Assembly (NCBI RefSeq): GCF_041956535.1 | Contig: NW_027192192.1 | Location: 1,500,646 to 1,564,645, forward strand | Direction of reading: 5' to 3' | Origin: Calcarisporiella thermophila CBS 279.70 | Taxonomy: Eukaryota; Fungi; Calcarisporiellomycota | DNA length: 64,000 nt | Shown here: positions 13,938 through 27,553 of the stretch, piece by piece | Numbering within the stretch: the first letter of the stretch is position 1 | How the letters are laid out: every line of letters starts with the position of its first letter | Position numbers and translations under genes: made by a program | Notes under the pieces: model-generated | What the model was told of the DNA's origin: nothing | Database searches by the model: none | The model's input: only the letters and a program-made list of their open reading frames with translations

Positions 13938-14730
13938 TGTAATGAGGCCAGTTCAAAGCATGTAGTAGAGGTGGATTAAGAAAAAAGATTGCTTCAAGTT
14001 AGTACTCTTCAGAGTTAAGATTCTCGACTTGTCGGTGTAACGTCCATTTCTTCCAGAATACATCGCCTTTGAATGGGGATACAAAACAAAGCTAAGCCTA
14101 TATAAAAGGCATGATAGCGCAGTGAGCAACGGTCAGTAGAGATCCCCCCTCCTCGATCCAAACCTCTGGTGGGATTGAGTGTAGAGTCAAACTCCTTTTC
14201 AAAAGAAAAGGATATTGCGAAGTCAAGTTAGCATACAGTCCATTAGGTAGCTCCGTCAGCTCTAAAGAATCTATTGGGGTATTTCGAGTGCAGGCTTGAA
14301 GAGCAATATTCTAAATGAAGGCTGCAAGGTTATATCTACAATTGCATTTGCACTAAATTTGGCTTTGGTTTAGCATCCGAAGATGTGTCTCATTATGTTT
14401 AATGTCAACTGAGTTTGGTAAATATATGCATGAACGTGAATTCAGTATGTATAAATCGTCTATTATATACCATAATTTATGACAATATATGTGCACTCAT
14501 CCCTATGGTTTGGACGATTGTCCTGAACAGATCCCTATTGACTCCACCTTTTTATCATATTACAAGAAACAATTGACTGCCATTAGATACAATCGAGCCT
14601 GCTTATAGAAAATTACATTAATTAACAGGTTTGCACCGATTTGCCTACCAGGTGCCAACTCCGCGTTTCCTCTATCCTTTGCAGTGAACGTAGCCATTTC
14701 TCCAATGCCATTTTTTCAACACATTTCCGT

Positions 14731-16003
14731 TCAAGTTCCTAAGCCATGTTTTGCACTCATCTCGGATATTATGTGCCGAAATTCCTGCCTAAGAGAGGAA
14801 AAAGAGTGGGAAGTTGTGTTGAAGGAAGAGAATAGAGCCTGAGTCTTAGAGTCAGCTATAGCCGCTGTCAAGTGCTGGACGCGTGTGCGCAGCTCTTCTG
14901 TTTGAATCCGCAATTTTTCGCGTTCATCCTCAGCAGCTTCCAAACGATGAGATAACCGGCTTACTTCGTGCATCAATTCGTCGTTTTCAATGCGGAGAGA
15001 CAATTCAGCTCTATTGCAAAACTTCTCGCGGAAATCACTGAGGTCATTTTCATAATAAGCACCTGAATACCGATGGGCTTTAAAATATGAACTTGAAAGT
15101 TCTTGCTCCAGGGTTTCCACCCGCATCTTATAATCATCTAGCTGAGATTCAAGAAGCGCAATATTTAACTGCAATTCCTCCACGTTCATCTCTTCATTAC
15201 ACGATTTTTGGCTCTCTAGTACTTGAATCCGTTCCTCAAGCCTCTTAACTGCTCTAGCCAACATCCCAGCTGTGTGTTCTGTTAATCTTCGATGCATACC
15301 TCTGCCTACATATGTCAAGGCCCACATCTCTGCTGCAGTCTCGTCGACGTGTTTGCTTGCATCTGCAAATTCATCCCATACCCGATTAGAATCTTGCAAG
15401 TCAGGTGTTTCTAGTCGCGTAAGGGTATGAGCAGCTCTACGAATCTTCATTTGAAGGACCAACCGAGCCGAGAGTACCTCCAAACGAGATTCAAGCGCTT
15501 CATATTTCTATTGGAAATAACGGATAAGAATGAGTTCAAGAATAAGAAGACAAACGCGGATCTAGATCCTGGGGAAAAGTAATTACGTCTCGCAGCTTTT
15601 CTGCCTCCTCTTCACTTAAAACTTCAAATTTTTCCGCCTCTGCGACTGCCTTAACGATCAACAGCTCTGATAGAAGCTCGTCTTTCTTTACATAATCCTC
15701 CCGGGCGGGAATGCCTGTATTGCATATGGCATCACCCAAGCTATATTCACGTATTCCCAGAGGGACAGTTGGTTCAACTGTACTCGACTTCTCTGTTCTA
15801 TTCAACTCGCTTTGCTCAGTCCAATGGTCAAGGTCAACCAGAGGAAGTGGCTTTGGTTTTATTGGCTGTGAAAAGAATGGGGATTGTGTAGAGAAGCGGT
15901 TAAGAAGATGGTCTGCATACTCTATTTTTGTAAGAGAAGAACTATCGCTAAAGTGGAAGGTGTCTTTGCTCAAAGGAATGTCGAAAAATCGTATTGCTGC
16001 CAT
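14731..16003 (-). CDS. Coiled-coil protein with Up-regulated-during-septation (Uds1)-like domain
   Basis: AEAEKFEVLSEEEAEKLRD|KYEALESRLEVLSARLVLQMKIRRAAHTL across intron 15508-15586, followed by long heptad repeats. Confidence 0.75.
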
Positions 16004-16536
16004 AGTCGAGATAGTGGGTATAAAAGTACAGTGAATACTTTAAATAGTAGAAAAAACAAAGGAAAAGCAGGACAGAAAAAAAATGGAGTGAAGTTATCAG
16101 AATACCTAAAGGAACGCAGTGGCTACAAAGTACAGGCCAACATGAAAAAAAGAAAAATATTGAACAATTGCATATTGCGAATATTTAGTATAGAGATTGC
16201 CAATCCTACCAAAAAATAAAGTTAGTGTTAGGTGATTGAAGGTCAGCACTATTTCTTATGTTATAATCTGCGGTGTTTATGTCATCAAAGGATGATTTAT
16301 CTTTCTCAATAGCCAAGGTAATTACTATATATTAATACGCAAAAGGTATAGAAAGGACAATGGAATTAGACCCGGAGTCAGATAAGAATACGTAGAGAGG
16401 AATTCCTAGAAAACGGTATTATATTTTTTGACGAAATAGCAAATGAATAGATAGAGTAAGTAATAGAGGGGAGGTGAGGACACAAGCACAAGAGTAAATG
16501 GGAAAATTACATTATTGGTCTTGGAAGGAGGATCCA

Positions 16537-17181
16537 TTAAAATAAAACTAGCACAGATGATCCAACTACAAGAAAAGCCAGGTATATAATGGCAATTACA
16601 TTTTTTCGGTGCGACTTGGCCCGCCAAGTTGAAGCAGTAGAAGTTGGTAGTTGCGTAACTGAGCGTGTAGCGGTAGGTGATGTTTCGCTGTAAGTGGATA
16701 AAGAAGCTGAACTAGGCGCATTCGTGAAATTGGATATAGAAGTCGGCATCATATTAGATTGCGTCGGAAGAATCGATGCTGCTGAAGTTTGAGGAGATTT
16801 TTCTTGTCCAAACAATTTCGTCACACCTGCCATCATCCCACTCATCACTTTACAAAAACCCACCACACCATCTGGAGGGGATCTTCCCAACGCGTTTTGG
16901 AACTGCTTCGTCTCTGTTAGACAATCTAGACATGGTTTGTGGTCTGGAGAGCATAAGCACTTGATGGCATCAGTCGCTTGCAATGGGTTGGCTATTGTGG
17001 TGGAGAAGTTGTCGAGAACCTTCGTTTTTTGTAGACAAGTGGTAAACTGTGAATAGAAAGGTTTGCATTCTACACAAGAACGAACTTCAGGGGGAAATGC
17101 AGGCAAGCCTCCCGATTGTGCATAAGATGGTGGAAAGATGATAGGAAGGAGACAAATAGTAATTAGATTGAAAAATTTCAT
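16537..17181 (-). CDS. Secreted, probably GPI-anchored protein with Cys-rich N-domain and Ser/Thr-rich stalk
   Basis: Signal peptide; CxxC..C..CxC..CxxC..C pattern; S/T-rich region; hydrophobic C-terminus. Confidence 0.75.
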   Translation of the reverse strand: MKFFNLITICLLPIIFPPSYAQSGGLPAFPPEVRSCVECKPFYSQFTTCLQKTKVLDNFSTTIANPLQATDAIKCLCSPDHKPCLDCLTETKQFQNALGRSPPDGVVGFCKVMSGMMAGVTKLFGQEKSPQTSAASILPTQSNMMPTSISNFTNAPSSASLSTYSETSPTATRSVTQLPTSTASTWRAKSHRKNVIAIIYLAFLVVGSSVLVLF

Positions 17182-18213
17182 GCTTTGTGAATAAAGAACG
17201 GAAAGGATATAATGAGAGAGAAGGGATAATAATGAAATTTATCTCGAAACCAAATTCATGCTCTTCGAGAAGTTGAGCCTACAGGACACCTAGATTTTTT
17301 TTGGGTAATTCGGCTCCGTTGAATTATTTGCAGATAAGAGATACAATATACGTAAAATATGAATTTTATCTACCGGTTATTATATAAGTTCCCTCCAATA
17401 AACAAAGAATCAGGTTAGTTTGACATTGTCTGAATAATATAGATATGTTTTAAGATGTTACATATAGATTGAATTCTACGTTATTGTCAATACTTGAGCA
17501 GCTTAATATCTCCGTTACTACACCTAGCAGGATATATTTAAAATATCAAAGTTTTGAATTATAGTACTCCAACGAATAAGAAACTAATCATATGGACATC
17601 TGGGAGATCTCACAACACATGTCCTAGTATTAGTAAGAGTTCTATTTCAAATTACATAACCAGCTCTGACTCTTAAATAATAAAACCATATACTTAATGT
17701 GAGTATCATATGAACAGACCATTTGTGAAATCGATTTTTATATTTTGTACAGATCACCTTTAGAAAAGTAAAGCATTATTGTTCACATTAATATTAATTA
17801 GTTGAAGGAGAAGTGTTTGGTTTCAACAATTAGATGTTTATTATACAGTAAATCATAATTCCAACTTCAAACGACATCGAATTCTTTCATGGCCATAATC
17901 ATGGAGCATCGTTGCATTGAAATTTCATACCCTTTCATTTGTCCTGGAAATGAGAACTAGGAATCAAGCCTAACTTGATGAGATATATATATCAATTTAT
18001 GAGTGCGGAAAGGTGTGTAAAATAAGAATGAGGCAAGTGGAAATATATTGATTATAAAGAAGGTAGAACATGTTAAAAATATATATATTCGAAAAGCAAG
18101 ATAAAGAAGGAAAGGTGTTAAAGGAAAGTTTATGAAATAAAAAAGTATCCAGATTTGCTAAACAGACATTTTATACAAAAAAAGAAAAGAAAAAAAAAGG
18201 TGTAAGATTCACA

Positions 18214-19110
18214 TTATTCGGAAGAAAGTGTAGGCAAAAGGGTAAGTCGTTTTTGTTGATAATCTTTAATCATTCCCGTCAGTAAGCCTATCACATCTTT
18301 CTCTTCCACTTTCCACATACGGCAGAAACATTCAGCAAGTACTCGTGGATCATCGTGCTCATATACATTAATTGGTTCAGATTCATCTTCATCTAGCTCT
18401 ACATTTATCGTAATTAGGAAGCGGCCACGCCGGGAATAAAAACTTTTAGGGGTATGGTGGGCGGGTTCTGCCTGCGGAGGCTGTACTGAGGGGCGACTTG
18501 GAGAGGGCGAGGGTGAGGGAGAAGGGGAAGGCTCTTGAGATAGGCCGAAAGATTTGTCTTGTTTCTGGGTTTGTACTGGCTCGGACCGCTCAGCAATACT
18601 CTTGACTTCGTTTTTACCTAATGCTTTACCCCGCGGACGTTGTGGATGCTTGGCAGGAGTTGCATCTTTTTTAACTTCGGAATGTATCTTTTTCTCGGTG
18701 TGCTTACTATTCTCTTTTGTATCATCTAAATTTGCTGCTTTCTTCTTATTTTCTCTACCGTTCCCTTTGGCTTTTTTCTTTCCATCGCTTTTTGTGCTTT
18801 CCTCGCGTTTTTGTCCCATTCTTTGTGCTATTATTTCCTCTTCCTCTTTTGGCTTGTAGTTGGGCCCTTGTCGGTGAAGATTTCCGGTACCAAGCCCATT
18901 CTTCAGCTTAAAATTAGGATCTACTAGTGTATGCCACGCGCTCAATCGTTTTTCGTCATTGCTTGTTAAGCTGCCTTCATCCTTAGCTATAAATTCATCT
19001 GAGTGTGTATCAATAGAGCCATTATTATTGGTATCTAACTTGGCGGATTTAAGTTTATTGTTGCGATTGGTATCTTTTTTTCGTGAACGGCGGTTGGCGC
19101 CCTCCGGCAT
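18214..19110 (-). CDS. Hypothetical Lys-rich disordered protein with a small folded C-terminal domain
   Basis: 298-aa intronless ORF with (SP)n repeat and C-terminal FLITINVELD..INVYEHDDPRVLAECFC; head-to-head with PRP39. Confidence 0.7.
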   Translation of the reverse strand: MPEGANRRSRKKDTNRNNKLKSAKLDTNNNGSIDTHSDEFIAKDEGSLTSNDEKRLSAWHTLVDPNFKLKNGLGTGNLHRQGPNYKPKEEEEIIAQRMGQKREESTKSDGKKKAKGNGRENKKKAANLDDTKENSKHTEKKIHSEVKKDATPAKHPQRPRGKALGKNEVKSIAERSEPVQTQKQDKSFGLSQEPSPSPSPSPSPSRPSVQPPQAEPAHHTPKSFYSRRGRFLITINVELDEDESEPINVYEHDDPRVLAECFCRMWKVEEKDVIGLLTGMIKDYQQKRLTLLPTLSSE

Positions 19111-19292
19111 AATTGATTGCAGTAGTTGTTAGTGAGATGATGAAATGGTATTATGAACAAAAAATATTTCGATTATTCATAAGTTGGGATTCAAAAACTT
19201 TGTAATTGAGGCGCAGTAAATTTAGCATCGTCGTACTTGAACCTCACTTTTTCTAAATAATCCCGATACAACAAAAGTATCTTTTGAGGACC

Positions 19293-22120
19293 ATGGAGGA
19301 TTACCAGGACTCTAATTATCAAGCATATCGGGGGAATGCAGCTGGTAAATCTTAATATAAAGTATAATTGTGGAGTTTATGCTCAATTATTTTCAACGGG
19401 TTTGGATTTTTCTAGCTCACTCTGCGCCTCCTGCCAATGGAAGTTCAAATCCTGCACCAGCGGACCATGGTGCACCTGCACCTGGTGACTGGGAACGTTA
19501 TTGGGACATAGTACGTGCGAATCCTCAAGATTTTGCTTCATGGGAATACCTCATCCGTCTAGTTGAAACAGCTGAAGGTGGTCTCGGTCGAGATGCACCA
19601 TCTGCTAATATCGAAAACGCGAGGAGAGTATATGACGAATTTCTAGATCGATTTCCATTATGCTTTGGTTACTGGAAAAAATACGCCGATATGGAATTTG
19701 CTATTGGAGGTGCCGAGGCTGCAGAAAAGGTATATTTTTTTATTCTTTTTACCTTTAATTTACGTGTTAAATCTCCCTCTTGTTAGATTTATGAGCGCGG
19801 TGTAACGGCTATTCACAATTCCGTTGACTTATGGACACAATACTGCACATTTAAAATAGAAAATTCACAAGATCCGGAAGAGGTTTCACGGTGGGTATTA
19901 CTGTTATTCATTACTCTCCTATTTAGGGCTCTCCCCTTTTTCCTTTATAATGATTTGCCTCCCGTTTTCTTTCAATGACCAATTCAAGTGCTCTTGGAGA
20001 TCTTAATGGTGACAACTCACCTTAGCATCGATCAAGTTCGAAAGAGTATTTTATTTTTCAAAAACTTCCTTTTTATTTATATTTTAAGATCACTTGCTTT
20101 TTGAGATTCATATTAGTGTGCATACTATCTGCACAATCTAACCTGGTCATTGAATGATAGCCTTAGCTCTCTGAGATTTGCTATCGGTTTTGTGATTTTG
20201 AGCAGCTTAATTCACTCTTCTCTATTCAAGCGCTTTTTTTTTTACTAGAATATACTAATAATATCTCTATATTTACAGGTTATTTGCTAGAGGTGGTGAG
20301 AATTGTGGTTATGATTTTCTTAGTCATCTATTTTGGAATAAGTGGCTTGAATGGGAGGAGATGCGACAAGATTACAGTAGCGAGCTTAAAATCTTAGAGC
20401 GTATTATCGAGATCCCGCTGCACCAATACGCAAATTTTTTCGAAAAGTAAGAATTTGATTTGGAAAGAGAAAACGATAACTAGAGGCTGTTTCCTAAGCT
20501 TTCTTCATTCTTTTTATTTACATAAAGATACACCAATTTGGCTGCCACGCGACCAGTTACGGAACTCGTTTCTCCTGAAGAATATGCGCAATTGGAGCAA
20601 GAAATTCGGTCCGAAAATTCAACCTCTGATAACGCGAAAGAGTCATCCACGAAATCGCCTGAAGAGGTTGAGCACGAAATGCGACAACGGATACATGCTA
20701 AGAAGGTTGAGGTGTACACGCGTACACAAACCGAGGTTAATAGAAGATGGCCATTTGAAGCTGAAGTATGTTACTTCAACACTTGTGAGCGGCCATTACC
20801 ATGCATGTTGATGGTTTTTACTTTTTTTTATGTTAGATTAAGCGACCTTATTTCCATGTTAAACCAATGGATGAGCCTCAGCTTATGAATTGGCGGCGTT
20901 ATCTTGACTTTGCAGAGGCGGAGTGTGATGATGGAACAACTCAAATTTTGTATGAACGTTGCCTTGTACCTTGTGCTTTATATGCGGAATTCTGGCTTCG
21001 CTACGCTCGTTGGTTCTATTCAAAAGGGAGGACGGAAGACGCCATTTCAACGTGTGCGCGCGCCGTGTATACATTTGTGCCAGTGCACCAGCCGAGCGTA
21101 AAATTGTTACACGCTCTGTTTGAGGAGCAATTGGGACGCCATGATGAAGCAAGAAGAATTTATCGAGAGGTGACAGAGCTAGGTTTGTCTCCATAGGAGC
21201 TACCAAGTATGTTTTATAATTGCTTACATTAATTTCGATATTTTAGTCCCTGGACATCTGGAAACCATCGTTCGCTATGCGAATTTTGAACGACGACAGG
21301 GTGATCTCAAGGCAGCAGAGGAGATTTACACAACTTCTATAAATTTGCCGTCAGAACAGGTAAACAATAGCGGCAAGGCATTTTTGACCGCACAGCTAGC
21401 AAACTTCGTTTGGCAGGTAAATTAATATCCAAGTCATTTATATCTGAAGAATTTCATCATAATATATTTACAAATTGTCATTTTCTCTTTTCAATTTAGT
21501 GTAAAGAGTCGGCTGAGGACGCTCGCAAAATTTATGTCGAAGAATGCGGTCGTTTCGGAGATAGCAAATATTTTTGGATTAGCTTTTTGAATTTTGAGCT
21601 TGCACAGACTGGTAATAACAAAAAAGGATCTCTCGTCTACCGCTTCCTTGGTCACTCTAATCAAATTTGTTTCTTGATATTTTTAGGAGCTGACACAGAG
21701 CAAAATGTTGAAGCTCTCTTCTCACATCTCCGTACTCATGGCGCAATCCCTCCAGAGACAGCAGCCGACCTTGAACAACGATATCTTGAGTTCTTGATTG
21801 AGCGAGGAAGTTCAGCGGAAGGAATTATTCAATTGGAGGCGAAACTTGCCGCCTATTCGCCTCCGTCCACAGAAACTGTGTCGAGAAAGAGAGCAGCACA
21901 AGATGAACTGAATGGAGCTGCAAAGATTGCACGACTAGACGGCGCAGGTAGTCAGACAGTAGCAGGAGCTGGAATGACTGCAGGTTATGGATATGGGGGG
22001 CAGTGGGGAGATTATTCACAACAGGCAGCTGCAGGATACGGAGGATATGCTGGGTATGGCGGCTATCCAGCAACGGGAGGATGGGATTATTCTCAGCAGC
22101 CGCAGGGACAAGCGCAGTAG
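19293..22120 (+). CDS. PRP39: U1 snRNP pre-mRNA-processing factor 39 (HAT repeats), multi-exon
   Basis: NPQDFASWEYLI, FPLCFGYWKKYADME, IYERGV..SVDLW, YDFLSHLFW, IPLHQY, RWPFEAEIKRPYFHVKP, YERCLVPCALYAEFWLRY; Gly/Tyr-rich tail. Confidence 0.93.
19971..20185 (+). ncRNA. Candidate structured intronic RNA element inside the 388-nt PRP39 intron (19891-20278)
   Basis: Nested complementary segments 19971-19981/20144-20154 (11 bp perfect) and 19985-19999/20082-20096; hairpins at 20008-20021, 20117-20135 and 20156-20185. Confidence 0.45.
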
Positions 22121-22550
22121 TCTCCGCATTAAGTCACTACATTCTTGTTAATCAGTTCTAATATGGTGAGGTCCAAATGTCTATGCAATATTCTCTCTTT
22201 TGTTCACACCCTCCTTTACTGTTGAAGCTATACAACTAATGAGCACCTTTTAGGGAATAAAGGCAAAAAATTTTTTTTCTGCTCTCTAGATGTTCAAAGA
22301 AAACATTTATTTACTTTGCGTAGAGGAAAAAATATATAGCATAAAATGAAATATATAATAAAAAAAAGGTCGCAAATCGCAATGTCATTTTCTCTTATCA
22401 TAGTCAACATCGAGAAATAAAAACCTAAATAACAAGGATTATAATGAAAATTAGATCAGAATAAAAAAAAAAAAATAAGAAACAGGGCATAAAAATTCAT
22501 CAAAAGAAGAGTCTATCTGTAAAGGAAAGTATCTAATAGAGAAGAAGTCC

Positions 22551-25500
22551 TCAATCCTCCATTGGGGAGGCCGCGCGTCTCCTTCTCATCACCAAACTGC
22601 GAAGTTCATTGGCTAGCACGCAAAGAGCCTCAACTTCCTGATGGCATTCACGCTTTTCTTCTCGGCGTTCTGCAGCCTCCTCATCTTCCTCCTCCGCCTC
22701 GTCCTCCTCTGCTCCTTCCTCAGTCTCAAAAGCATCCTCATCGGACGCCTCAGTGCCATAATCCGAGAAGCCCGAACCCGATCCATTATCATTGTCGCGT
22801 TGTCTTCTTCGTCGTCGCCTTTTCCTTCTACTACGATAGCTTCTTTCATCATCCCCGTGGGGATGTTGGGTCAGCCGTCGGTCAACTTCGGCGAAACGGC
22901 GCTCAAGCACGTGTATGCTGTGCTTCATATTTTCAAGAATGTAAAATGCATTGGCATAATATGAAGAAGATATCTGCTTATTCCCAAGCGATAAAGAGGA
23001 TGGTTGTTCACGTGTGGTGGGAGCATTGGTATGGAGTTGCGCTTGCTTTGCTTTTGCGGGCGATGGGGGGGGTGGAGTAGGTCTTGAGGGAAGAGATTGC
23101 GTTGACGCGTGGGGGTGTGAGTCGGGGCCATTTGCAGGTTTAAAGGTATGAGAAAAGGGGTGCATTTCGAGCTGTGAGCTTGCCGAACGACTCATAGAGA
23201 GCCTCCTTCCGTCTCCGGTGCCATATATAGCGTGTAGTTCGTCTGCTGCAGTTGCTCTTGGAATAGCTTCCTTTTCACCAAGCGAGAGTCTTCGTAGGTT
23301 ATCCATCCTTTGGAGGGTGTCCGGGGGCGTAAGAATTTCGTAAGCCGCTGCAAGGGCAGATACACTTGCGCTACGATTGCGGGAGTTTTGCTTTGTCGGC
23401 GAGTGAGCGAGGGAGGAGGTTGAGGAGGGTTGGGGTGAATCTCGGTTCTGGTCGATTTTGTGTTGGGATAAACTAGTAAAAGATTCGGGTGAATCTAGTA
23501 AACTCAAATCCCTCAGATTGTCTGGAAGGGATGAAGATCGACCATGGGAGCGAGGACGCTCCGACCGCCTTCTTATGGGGGGACGCAAATGAGCGTTTAC
23601 CGGTTGCGGGTTGGATGGGTGAAGCGGTATATTTGGAGAAATTTTATGAGATGTTTGCGGGCTTGGCTTCATTATGCCAATGGTCGGTACAGGTTGCAGG
23701 GGAGGCACGTGAGGCTGTTGATAACGGTGTGAAGCGGTAGGACTTGACTGCAATGCTTGCGAGCTTGCACTAGGTTTTGGGTCCACGTCGCGAGCTCTAC
23801 TATACCCTTCACGCTGATCCGCCTGCTGCAAAGGCCAAGCATAGGCGAGGTTCTCCATCGTAATCTCTTGTGCAGAAGAGGAGCGCAGCATTGAGTGACT
23901 CTGCATGCCCATAACATCATCATGTGTGTGGTCGGACCATTCAGACTCTGACGCCCGAGCCATGGACATATCGTACGAGTCCAGGGCGGAGGAGGGACGA
24001 CGTTGCAAAGGGGGTGGGGTCTTTCTTGAAAAACTTTGCGCAGATGGTGGGCGCTCTTTCATTGCCCAGTCAGGGTGCCTCGACAAATGCTCTTCGCGAT
24101 CGAACTGTTCGGCGGAATCCAGCGATTCTCGTGTGCCATCGTCCCAGCGACCTCCGTCCGATATGCTTCCACGTGATGACCAGCTCTCCCCTTCGCCTCT
24201 CGATGCCACCGATGAGGACCTACCGCCGAAATATCCATCATCTCCTCGATATAGCCCGGCTCCCACAAATTGAAGCACTTCCTCAATCTTTCTGACCGCT
24301 TCCTGCTGGAATATGTCGCTCAATAGCTGTTCTTTCACCATCTCAATCACTACTGATTCCGCCGTATCTTCGTTCATATTGAACGGGAACTTTATACTCT
24401 GATTCCCTGTTCCCATCCCAGCTACCTGCATTTTGAGGAATATTTGCTCAGATGAGCTTATATCTGCCGAATCGCAGAGGGCCACCTTGATCATGCAGTG
24501 TGGCTTGCGTGGTTGCTGCTGCGTGGATTGCACTTGCGTGTTCGGCGTGGAAGAAGGAAGGGAAGCATGCTGGAGCCGAAGTGCATCCGGAAAAGGTGGA
24601 TTGCGGGTATTACTTTTTTCGTCTGAACTCATTGTGTCTGGTAAATCGCCTTTTTCGGGGGGTGGTGCAGTCGAAGTCGACACTATTTCGCTTGAATATG
24701 ATTCTGAAGTCCAAGTTCCTGATCCATATCTCGCCTCCTGGTGATGGGTGGGGTGCGAGAGAGTGTGTGGGAGTGGATGGGGGTGAGTGTGGTGTTTTGC
24801 GGTGTCTCGCCCATGCTGCGAAGCTGCTGATGGCGGACGTTCTGGATACACAAATGCAGAATGTTGACGAGTTCCCGGGTCACTGAGCTCACCAAGATGA
24901 GGGGACGAGGGATAGGATCCAAAAGAGGGAGATGTGGCCGGAGGTAAGGACTGTGGAGGAGGCATGGCTGACATGGAGCTGGAAGAGGGACCAAGAAGGG
25001 GGCTAGAATGGGCGCTCTGGCTCCCTACTGCACTCTTAGATACAGCTTGCGGGTCAACTACAAGAGGAGCATGATTGTTATCAGTCTTGAGGAAGTCATG
25101 TTCCAGTAGTTCGCGAGCAGACGGCCGTCGTTGCGGGTCATGCTGCAGACACAAATCAATGAATTCGCGGGTATAAGGGTCAAGTACGCGATGTAGACTG
25201 AGTGGCTTTTGACCGGTCGTGACTCGACGATAAATTTGTGCCTGATTCGTGCATTCGCTATAGGGATACTCTTTCGTGACCATCTCTAGGACGCACATAC
25301 CAAAGGCATAAATATCAACTTTCTCATCATAGTGCTCTTCATATAATTCCGGTGCCATGAATTCGGGTGTGCCGAGCACAGAAGAGACATGTTTTTTACG
25401 CTTTATGACTGCAAGTCCTAGGTCGCCTATCTTCGCCTGGCCATTGTTCCCATTAATGAAAATATTATCGCACTAAACGGGAGGGGGGGATTTTTAAAAA

Positions 25501-26051
25501 CATGATGAGTAAGAGATCCAACCAATAATAAAAACGAGATTAAACATTACTTTAAGGTCACGATGAATAACGGGTGGCTCTCGCGAATGTAGATAGTCGA
25601 GACCCCGCAGAATTTGTCGACACCATGATTTTAGCACCTTGGGTTTGATCTGACCTTTTGTCTTGCGAATGTATTGCTTAAGTGTTCCTGAGGTCATCAG
25701 CTCCGTAATAAAAATGACGCGCTCGCGGCCGTCTGGATCGTGGGATATCCAGGATGCAAAGAAGTTGATGATGTTTTCATTTCGCAAGGATTCCAAAATC
25801 TCAATCTCCGCGAGAATCTTTTTCGCATCCTTACGGTTCATGTGGTCGACTCGTAACTGATTCCACGCAACTTCTACGCCCTCTTCTTGATCAAACGCTT
25901 TATATACCTCTTTATAGGCGCCTTTGCCGAGAGATTCAGCGTAACGTTCAAACCGACCGGTTGGATCTGTTTCAACAACATTATGTTTATTGTCACCGTC
26001 CGAGTCTGAATCGTCATCAGCCGATGTTGCTTGCAAACGCGGAGACACCAT
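22551..26051 (-). CDS. WNK: WNK-family Ser/Thr kinase with CCT-like domain and long disordered C-terminus
   Basis: [24 protein letters not shown] (Lys in Gly loop, AWN in subdomain II); HRDLK|CDNIFING across intron 25473-25550; DLG; GTPEFMAPE; [20 protein letters not shown]. Confidence 0.93.
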
Positions 26052-27553
26052 ACTAGTAGCGAAGAGAGAGGGGGGAGGGGTATATAGGGTAGGTAGTGAC
26101 AGATGTTAATGGGAAGGGGGAAAATTAAAGCAAATTAATTAATAAAGTAAAGATTCGACGGAGGAAGCAACAAGGATAATTGTCAGTGATGAGCCAATGG
26201 AGATGTTCAAATCAATGGTTCACAAAAATCCATAATGCCTTTCTCTTGATCTTGGGTGGGAAACTGAAAAGAGAATCTCCTCAACTATGTTTATTACGCT
26301 GAGAAGGGGGAGAGATTCCAGCGCAGTATCTCTACTAACCTAACCCAATGGCCTCAGCTCCCAGATGAGATATGCCTAGTATGGAGAGGGAGGTATCCAT
26401 TATTTGCAAAGCACCATTAGAATTGAAGTGACGTAGGTGATGCTGCCACAGCCCATTTATTCTATTTAGGATCTAGAGGGTGAAAATGGTGATAACTTGA
26501 TATTTCAAATTCGATTTTGCATGCGGCTCACTCGTTGATTTATACACACGACAACTCTGCAAGTCGACATTGTTACACTATCCTGCAGAACTAACTTTTA
26601 CTTTAAACTTCTTCTGTGTTCCAGAGAAGATGAAGTTTTCTATTAAAAAACCAACTAATCTTGAAGGTTCATGACACCTTGCGTGATTTTGAGACCAACT
26701 TCATCGGTGCACCAGCCAGTGAAGTTGATGCCTCCAAGACAATTCAAATCCTCTTGTTTTAAGCTTGTCGCTCCCTCATATGAGTCTAACATGTTTTTTT
26801 TGTTTCTCTCAAACTTTCGCCGCTGGTGCATGGTCTACCATAAGATCGTCAATTTACACTCTTTAAAGAGTAACCTAACCTGTTGGGATTTGTATCACGT
26901 GACACTAGTTTTCTCTTCTACGACGAAAAAAATTTTTCTCCTGTTGCTTCTCTCTTTTCATCATTCTTTGTTTTGATTGATTTATTGTGCGGGATCGATC
27001 AAGAACTGTTTCGTTAGCGAGCATCGTGTGACTGTGATAGCTCCAACGATCAATTATAGGGTGTTCGTTTAGGACATCTGCGACATTCATTATTCATTCC
27101 TAGGTAAACAGCATTGTCTTTCGACACTACCGGAAGTGATCTTTCTTTTGGAGGCTGAATGTATTCAAATGACTGGCATTTTCCGTAGATTTTCTAATTT
27201 TATCGGGCGCGCCACTTCTCATCCGCGCATAACTCTTACAAAGTATATATCGATTTTGTTCTTGGCCTTTGATTATTTAGATCATTTTTCGATCCAGCTG
27301 ATGAAGCTGAATTCTCAGCAATATTCGTACACATTATCAATATTTATTTTTCGATCACGAATAAGGATTATTTGTTTAAATGACTTGAGGCTAATGTGTG
27401 TCTATATAATTTCCATTTAATAGCACAATTCCGCAGCTGGCCCAACACCATCCAGGTTTCTACCACCTTTTTCACCTAAATATTCGCACTTGAAATCACC
27501 TGTAAAATAAATCTGCAGCAAAGCCAATTGTATTCGGCAGAGAAAAAATTAGC

